Shown here: positions 57,501 to 64,000 of the stretch, piece after piece | How the letters are laid out: every line of letters begins with the position of its first letter | Numbering within the stretch: the first letter of the stretch is position 1 | NCBI GenBank assembly: GCA_040954595.2 | Contig: CM082592.2 | Coordinates: forward strand, 4,108,735 to 4,172,734 | Direction of reading: 5' to 3' | DNA length: 64,000 nt | From: Balanoglossus misakiensis | Taxonomy: Eukaryota; Animalia; Hemichordata | Made by a program: the position numbers and the translations under genes | Notes under the pieces: model-generated | Database searches by the model: none | Seen by the model: the letters and a program-made list of their open reading frames with translations, nothing else | What the model was told of the DNA's origin: nothing

Positions 57501-59753
57501 CATGGTTTTGACAATGTCTCCCCCAAACTTCTTAAAATCGGGGCAAATAGTATAGCGGGTCACATTACTAATATGTTCAATTTGTCAATAACGAATGGTA
57601 CTTTCCCTGATTGCTTTAAATGTGCCAGAGTTGTACCCATACATAAGAACGGGCCGAAACATGTTATTAGTAATTACAGGCCCATATCAATCTTGCCTGC
57701 TTTATCAAAGATACTTGAGAGACACGTTTATAACAGTCTGTACACTTATCTACAAAATAATAAGTTAATTATGAGTTCGCAGTCGGGTTTCAGACGCTTT
57801 CATTCATGTAATACCGCATTGCTGAAGCTTACAGATCAACTTTTAAGAAATATTGATAATGGTCTGTACAATGGCCTAATGTATCTTGACTTATGTAAGG
57901 CCTTTGACTTGGTCGATCATGATATTCTTTTAAGGAAATTGTCCATTTACGGTGTTAATGATGTATCTTTAAAATGGTTTCGTTCATATCTCTCGAATAG
58001 ATGTCAATTTGTCAGTTACATGGGTGAGGAATCAAAGACTTTACCTGTCGTTTGTGGTGTTCCACAAGGTTCCATTTTAGGACCTCTTTTGTTTTTAATT
58101 TTCATTAATGATTTACCTTTGAGTCTCAGCATGGGCAACATTGATATGTTTGCGGATGATCAAACACTTTGTGTATCTGGCATCTCTATTAATGAGGTTG
58201 GTACAAAACTTCAAGAGGACGTTTTACCAATTTCCACATGGGTTTCAAATAATGCCATGTCAATTAACACCACCAAGACAAAATGGATGATTGTTGCCTC
58301 TCGCCCAAAGGTTAATAATGTGTCCGAGCACAGTGTCACTCCAAATATTAGGATCAATAATACTTGCATTTCTTGTGTTTCTTCTCACACACTTCTTGGA
58401 ATAGAGATTGACAATGCTTTAACATGGGATACTCATATAGATAACTTAAGTAGAAAATTGTCAATGCGGATTGGGGTACTGAGGAAATTGCGACCTTTGA
58501 CCCAAAGGCATACTCTTATGTTGGTTTATAATGCTATTTTCCTTTCTATAATTGATTACTGTTGCACTGTTTGGGGCAACACATCAAAAACCAATCTACA
58601 GAGAATTTATAAACTTCAGAAAAGAGCCGGCAGAGTAATTTTAGGAGTAGACATTACATTTCCTTCTCGTTCTCTTCTGACAACTCTTCATTGGTTGCCC
58701 ATTGATCTTAGAATTGAGTATTTCATTGCTGTTCAAACTTTCAAGATACTACATGGCCTGGCGCCTGATTATTTAAATGAATTTTCCTATGTTTCTGAGA
58801 TGTACAATTTTACCACTAGATCTGTCAGCAACGCTAATTTGTATGTGCCCACTTTTAAAACAGCAACTGGGCAAAGGTCTTTTATGTATCGAGCAACAAA
58901 TATCTGGAACAATATTCCCCTGTCTATAAGAAGTATATACAGTCTGTCACAGTTCAAGTCACAACTACGTAACTTTTTTCACACTAAATTTATAAATGAA
59001 GGTTCATCACTTGATTAGATTTCATGAATGTTTCCGCCATTGCGACTTGATTTGATTTTTTCAGTGTTTTTTTTTTTCCTTGTTGTATTCATTCTCATTT
59101 TGCCTTTGAGGGCTCTGTTGTATATTACAATTCTACTTTGTAACACAGACTACCCTCTTTAAATAAAGCATAATAATAATAATAATAATAATACGTGTCT
59201 CACGGTTGCCTAACTCAGTCAATCAATTACTTGGCCGGTCGGTCGGTCGGTCGTTCACTCACTCAGTCACACACTCACTCACTCACTCACTCAATAAATC
59301 AATCTACCTAACAAACAAACAAACAACCATAAGAAAACCAATAAATAAATAAATCCATCAGTCAATCAAAAATCAAGTTAATTTATACATTTATGAGTTT
59401 GCATTGTTCTTCAAAGGTAAACATCCCCGTATTGGTTTTCAACATGTTTGCGAACTGACAGCAAAGGATTATTGCAAGGTTGCTTCTGAGTGGTCAATTT
59501 CTTTGTTTATATTATTCACTCTGAAATCAAAATTGCGTGTACTTGTGCTAACGATTTTCGATAGGTGACCTAAAGTAGCATGACTGTGCAGGTGCTGTCT
59601 TGAAACGGACTATCTTAATTATTAGCGTGCACTTCACCTCATTTATTTGTTTTTTTTTTCTTTTCGATCACAGACGACGCCAGCGTTCAAACGATAAGCG
59701 TGTTCCTGGGGTTGGTATCCGCGCTCCTCGCGCTGCAATTCAACTTGTGGTAG
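48518..59753 (+). CDS. Gene B: uncharacterised secreted/GPI-type protein with 10 tandem ~140-aa 4-Cys beta-rich acidic domains (1492 aa, 12 coding exons); paralog of gene A
   Basis: Exons 48518-48590, 48872-49303, 49778-50224, 50518-50961, 51373-51813, 52248-52667, 53362-53787, 54150-54575, 55096-55512, 55797-56234, 56927-57361, 59674-59753; all introns phase 1 GT-AG; total 4479 nt ending TAG. Confidence 0.9.
48872..49303 (+). CDS. Gene B domain exon 1 (divergent N-terminal domain, 6 Cys)
   Basis: TTTTTCAG|TG...AAA|GTGAGT, 432 nt. Confidence 0.88.
49778..50224 (+). CDS. Gene B domain exon 2
   Basis: CAG|GC...CCA|GTGAGT, 447 nt; [10 protein letters not shown]...WQW...ACVEVVC. Confidence 0.88.
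50518..50961 (+). CDS. Gene B domain exon 3
   Basis: TAG|GT...TAG|GTAGGA, 444 nt; [10 protein letters not shown]...WTW...ACVQLTSC. Confidence 0.88.
51021..51182 (+). repeat. (TGGA)n/(TGAA)n microsatellite in a gene B intron
   Basis: Directly visible. Confidence 0.97.
51373..51813 (+). CDS. Gene B domain exon 4
   Basis: CAG|GG...CCA|GTAAGT, 441 nt; [10 protein letters not shown]...WMW...[11 protein letters not shown]. Confidence 0.88.
52248..52667 (+). CDS. Gene B domain exon 5
   Basis: CAG|TT...CAA|GTAAGC, 420 nt; [10 protein letters not shown]...WAW...ACVELGTC. Confidence 0.87.
53362..53787 (+). CDS. Gene B domain exon 6
   Basis: TAG|GC...CAA|GTAAGT, 426 nt; [10 protein letters not shown]...WEW...ACDEDVLDC. 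Confidence 0.88.
54150..54575 (+). CDS. Gene B domain exon 7
   Basis: CAG|GC...CAG|GTAGGT, 426 nt; [10 protein letters not shown]...WSW...SCVLFESC. Confidence 0.88.
54722..55068. mobile_element. Second copy of the 3007..3330 MITE, in a gene B intron
   Basis: TTAAAGGCTGACGATTGTCTTATGCGCATG ... GCGCATAAGACGATCATTGCTCTTTGA; internal blocks shared with 3007..3330. Confidence 0.75.
55096..55512 (+). CDS. Gene B domain exon 8
   Basis: TAG|CT...CAA|GTAAGT, 417 nt; [10 protein letters not shown]...WSW...SCVAFTTC. Confidence 0.88.
55797..56234 (+). CDS. Gene B domain exon 9
   Basis: CAG|CT...AAT|GTAAGT, 438 nt; [15 protein letters not shown]...PTW...ACTALSPAC. Confidence 0.87.
56927..57361 (+). CDS. 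Gene B membrane-proximal domain exon 10
   Basis: TTTTCAG|CT...CAG|GTAAGC, 435 nt; [17 protein letters not shown]...[14 protein letters not shown]...ACVSITCT. Confidence 0.88.
57372..59193 (+). mobile_element. 5'-truncated non-LTR retrotransposon (CR1/L2 group) with an uninterrupted RT-domain frame
   Basis: ORF 57378..59018 with [45 protein letters not shown]; no endonuclease domain; 3'UTR with GAGGG...CCCTC stem, AATAAA and (TAA)n tail. Confidence 0.95.
57378..59018 (+). CDS. LINE ORF2 fragment, reverse transcriptase domain
   Basis: 546-aa open frame with canonical non-LTR RT motifs; starts mid-protein with no true initiator. Confidence 0.85.
   Translation: MAITKTWVNSQMSPNLPSFQLPQIPFNFVMEQLASLDATKSHGFDNVSPKLLKIGANSIAGHITNMFNLSITNGTFPDCFKCARVVPIHKNGPKHVISNYRPISILPALSKILERHVYNSLYTYLQNNKLIMSSQSGFRRFHSCNTALLKLTDQLLRNIDNGLYNGLMYLDLCKAFDLVDHDILLRKLSIYGVNDVSLKWFRSYLSNRCQFVSYMGEESKTLPVVCGVPQGSILGPLLFLIFINDLPLSLSMGNIDMFADDQTLCVSGISINEVGTKLQEDVLPISTWVSNNAMSINTTKTKWMIVASRPKVNNVSEHSVTPNIRINNTCISCVSSHTLLGIEIDNALTWDTHIDNLSRKLSMRIGVLRKLRPLTQRHTLMLVYNAIFLSIIDYCCTVWGNTSKTNLQRIYKLQKRAGRVILGVDITFPSRSLLTTLHWLPIDLRIEYFIAVQTFKILHGLAPDYLNEFSYVSEMYNFTTRSVSNANLYVPTFKTATGQRSFMYRATNIWNNIPLSIRSIYSLSQFKSQLRNFFHTKFINEGSSLD
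59674..59753 (+). CDS. Gene B terminal exon, GPI-type signal
   Basis: Strong T tract then CACAG|AC; [26 protein letters not shown]. Confidence 0.83.
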
Positions 59754-60786
59754 CACGTCGTGGATGTTTCGCCACCAGAAATCCCCAAACAAGAACTTGG
59801 AAGATGTCGCGCCGTCCTTGGAATCTCGTCGTCTACGCCTGGGTTTAATTCATACTTGACGTCAACACACACAGTTATACTAGTACTACCAATGGGGATC
59901 TCGTAAAGGCGATGTACATGCCGTCCAACGTTAATTGACATTTACTGCCTAGAACCTCAACCGTAGGCCAGCACGCAGCTTGGCACACTAACTTGTGGCC
60001 AACACGCATTGGCTATGCTGTAAGCAGTTATTGACAAAATATCTCCACCATTGTCTTTACACAGCACTTGCCTGTATACATGTAAAAATGCATGCAGGTT
60101 TCCTGTACTTAAAACAAGACAAGTTCATCAGTAATCCTTCCTTTTCAGCGGCTCTTTTCTGTTTTGAATATACATTCAGTTTTCATGGGCGCGTCAGTAT
60201 GCTTAATTTAAATATTTCGGGTTATCTTTACGGATAGATTGCGTTTTGCAATATAAATCGGCAACTGTTTCTGAAATGCCGAGGCTTTCTGAGCTGCAGT
60301 ATTCGATCGAATGAAAATTGACTCTGATGATGAAACTACACCCATCAAACTGCAGCTGAGTATGGATCACAGTTACGAGTAATGTTATAACAATGCTTTA
60401 CCGCCAATCAGTGGGCACTGCTTTCACTGAAAATACTTTTTTTACAATACTCGTGGTTTGTAAATTATGTATAAATAAGGTTCTTGTATAAAAGCGAAGT
60501 TATCTGAAAAGATGGACGTCGCTTATTTGGAGACAGTCGCAAAATAACCGTCTGTGTATATTTTAGTGGTACATGTAGATGATTGGTTGCGAATTTATCT
60601 TTTGCCAAATCTGTTGAATTTAAATATTATCTATATACCAGTCATTTTACTGACACGACAACTTCCGTTTCTATTCGTTCTGTGTATAAGCAAAGGGCGC
60701 GGCAGCATATTTCTAGGCGTGTAACAGGGTTGGACTCGGCTAGAAGTGTGACGTCATTGGTCCATCTGAGGGAGATTGGAAGGGGC

Positions 60787-60925
60787 CAATCTGATTAAAA
60801 TCAGATGTAGGCTACGGCGACGTCTTTTTTCTCCGCGGTAGTGTGAGGCGACAGCATAAGAATGCCGTACCGCGTATTTAAGTAAAAGACGTCGCCGTAC
60901 CCTGCAATTGATTTTAATCAGATTG
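60787..60925. repeat. 139-bp foldback palindrome (probable small MITE)
   Basis: Left arm CAATCTGATTAAAATCAGATGTAGGCTACGGCGACGTCTTTT pairs with right arm AAAAGACGTCGCCGTACCCTGCAATTGATTTTAATCAGATTG; inner CGCGGTA/TACCGCG pair. Confidence 0.85.
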
Positions 60926-61569
60926 TTAAGGGGCACAGCCACATAACAGCTGGACCGTGACTTGATGCGTAGCCACGGCGAGAATGCCGCGTTTGTGTCA
61001 AAGGGTAGTTTTGAGCGGGTTTACTATTTTCCGATCCCCGAAAGAAGCCGAGAACTATGCTGAACTGCCTTTCGCATCAAACCAGAACGGAAATCCGGAA
61101 GGCATACATATTGGAATTTGTGGTAACGATTATTTTTCACATTTTAAAAATACAAAGAATATATGGAAACCTTGATACCAATTATTAGTCTGATCTATTT
61201 CAAAATTATATATGCTATTCAATGGCCAATATTAAGTCATTGCAACATTTCTCTGTGATGTTTTACGGACCTGTTCATAATTTCGTAGAATAGTTTCTTC
61301 CAATCATGATTGGGGGTAAGACATTTGTGTCGGTCCACATCCTGCGTAATTGAAATTTTAAGTGGGACCAAAAATAGGAAAATAAGATAATCTTAACAGG
61401 GAGAAAGTGTGTAGATTTGTGTGAAATTCCGCACCCTTTTGTATTTACACCCTCAAATGCCTTGTCTGTCAGTTGTCACGTGACCAAATCCATTTTATCA
61501 GCCTGTTTGATTTAAGTTAAGTGTTTAAAACGTGTTACTAAAATGCTGAAATACCAGTTAACACATTAC

Positions 61570-61991
61570 TTAAGGATGTACGCGCAGAACATCAACCCGA
61601 AACTGCGCGCACCCGTCTTTTCCCCCATAGGATTACATTCAAGTTGATAATCGCTAGAAAACAAACTTCTACTTTTGTCATTTTCACGAAATTTCACACA
61701 AAGCTCAGTCCAGTAAATATAAATTCATTGGTCAAAAAATATAGGGGTCACCGCGCTCTATTTTGAGATAAATTGCGTTAAAAAAATCGCCCATAGACAA
61801 ACCATTGGTGAAAAATGCTGAGTCAGCAGTTTTCTTCTATTATCGACTAAATTCATGGCTCTGTATTTCAAAAACAAGCGCGGCGACCCCTATATTTTAT
61901 TACGGATTTTCATTATACATACAAAGAATCCAAAAATCCACAATTAAAAAAAATGACAATACTTTTAATTTTACTGAACGTACATCCTTAA
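61570..61991. mobile_element. TTAA-flanked MITE (Kolobok-like termini)
   Basis: TTAA|GGATGTACG ... CGTACATCC|TTAA, a perfect 13-bp inverted repeat including the TTAA. Confidence 0.75.
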
Positions 61992-64000
61992 TTGCAAATT
62001 AGGTAACGCGTGCCAGTCCTGTTTTTTCTCTCTCGGGACAATTCCATTCTGTAACTACCCTTGTTATCGTCGTGTCGATTTAATTTCAAATTCTAAACAA
62101 AAAATTGAAGTCTAGGTATACATTAAACATGAAAATCCCATGGTTTTTACAAACAAATATGTCTGTTGTGGAGTGCGGGAACCGTTACTTTCAAAAGGAA
62201 AAATACTAGCTTATATCCATGCGCAGAAATATGATAGCTGCGGTCTCTTATGATGTCTGTTCGACACCAATCTGATTTGGGCACCTTAGTGTAATTCATA
62301 TTTCATTAATTTATTCACATAACTTTTTTCTTCCATCGATGTGTGCCAAACATCGCCTGCGCGACGACTTTCAAGTTTCAAACTTTTGCGTGTGTCTTAA
62401 TCTTTTTTTTTTCCACGAAGGCCTATTAAGGCTAGAAACTGCGATAGTCGTCATAATCTTGCGCTTACTTTGTAAGGTCGAGCACTATAATTCGCCATTT
62501 TTGCCAAAGAATCGAATTGGAATGTACATTTGATTTCGAGTGGTTGAAACTAATGAAACTAAAAATATATCTCATCACGAGAAGATTGCTTCAAGCCTAT
62601 AATTCAAGTCATCAATTTGCATCCAGGCTATAAGTTGCACCTGGTTCTCGTCCGTTAACATTTCCCTCATTTCCCTTATATGGATTGGATCCTACCACTA
62701 AAGAGTGGGTGGGCAGACGGGGAGGATTAATATCAATTACAAATCAAACCACGGATCTATTTGCGATTAAAGTAGCTATCATTCTTTGGTCACAGAATAA
62801 AAGACAATGCAAACTATGAATATAGCTTTGAGTTTTTTTTGAATGCGTGCCCAATACACATAACTTATGCAGTAATTGTGGTTAATTGTTTATGATTTGC
62901 CCTGTACCATATGTATCTTTCGAAGATCAGATGTACTTTTCTTAATAAAATTCACATTTACATAGAAGGCGTGTGTGATTTGTGCTCTTCATATAACCTC
63001 AATACTACAAATGGACACCGGACCTACAAGGTGTCGATTTGTTTTCCCGTTTCTGTTTCAAATAATACCCTCAGTATTCTCCTGTTGGGAAATCGGGGGG
63101 GGGGGGGTACGCTCACGTTTTTTACTAATCAGAACGCAAATTGGCTAACGATTCAGAAAATACGAGACAGCACAATATCAGTTAATCCTATGAAAAATGG
63201 GACCCAACGCAAAATACCCATTGTCAGGCAGACAGACGAAGCAAATTCACAGAGGGGGACACACCGGCAAAATAACACCATTATTTCGACTGACAGCGAC
63301 TGCTCAATCCTAATTTAAAGCCCTTCTCTGTCCCTCATGTTAATGCAATATTTGAAGGTATACGGTCACCTGTGTAAGTTCCGCCACAGTTACCATGGTA
63401 AGTAGAAAACAGTGCATGGAAGGGGAGCTGTCAGGGCGCCCTCTATACGTATCCGCAAATATAGTTCATGACACCATGGGGCTTACCCACGAGTGGAGAT
63501 CGCGTTACGACCGCGCGCCGTCATTTGCCAACTTGGGTCAAGGTACGTAAGCGATTTCAAAATCTCACTGAATGGATTTAGGTGAAAAAGCAAAGAAATC
63601 TCACGATTTATGGCGTTCGAAACCGCAAGCGTTCAAGTTGGGGAAGGCGAAAACCAGTTTGTAGCACTGTGTGACTGAAATTTATGTTTCAGTCGCACTT
63701 CATGTTCACCTGTTGGACGGAGGAAGTAAATCACTTTAAATTCACCTGCCATTTCTGTTACGGTACCTGACGATGACGTCAGTGCTATAACCCAAAAGGT
63801 GACGTGTCCTTCACAATCTTCTTGATGATAACCCACAGAATGACTTCAAACAAAACAATAGAAAAGAAATCAAGCACCTTTGTTAGACTTTAAAATAATT
63901 TTAGACGAGTTGACGCGCGTTTTCTTGAGAGCGTATTCATTAGAAAATCTGTTTCGATGTTAAATATGTTTTGGGACAGACAACAACAGAGTATTGTATT

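Noticed and set aside
57378-59018. RT next to a repeat-domain gene as a diversity-generating retroelement or domesticated RT
   Set aside because: Motifs, 3' tail and 5' truncation are those of an ordinary CR1/L2-group LINE; no template/variable repeat pair is visible.

Overview
AT-rich animal genomic DNA with GT-AG introns and GC3-rich exons. The overall style suggests a marine invertebrate deuterostome such as a hemichordate or echinoderm (inference, not determinable here). I hand-spliced four + strand genes. (1) The 3' part of a GPI-type surface protein with at least 3 Ly6/uPAR (three-finger) domains and one TSP1-like domain (182..4588). (2) An intronless class A GPCR (9228..10523). (3, 4) Two paralogous genes of an unassigned family: signal peptide, then 5 or 10 tandem ~140-aa acidic, beta-rich, 4-Cys domains each on its own symmetric phase-1 exon, then a GPI-type tail (20656..25118, 754 aa; 48518..59753, 1492 aa). 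Both end in a homologous 435-nt membrane-proximal domain exon. Behind gene 3, a ~3-kb tandem duplication carries two extra phase-compatible GPI-tail exons and a solo LTR. Gene 4 has a 5'-truncated CR1/L2-group LINE inserted in sense a few bases after its last splice donor. Also present: solo LTRs with 5-bp TSDs (one nested in a MITE), TTAA-flanked MITEs, a 139-bp palindrome and long microsatellites. All gene models come from reading the sequence and lack transcript support.
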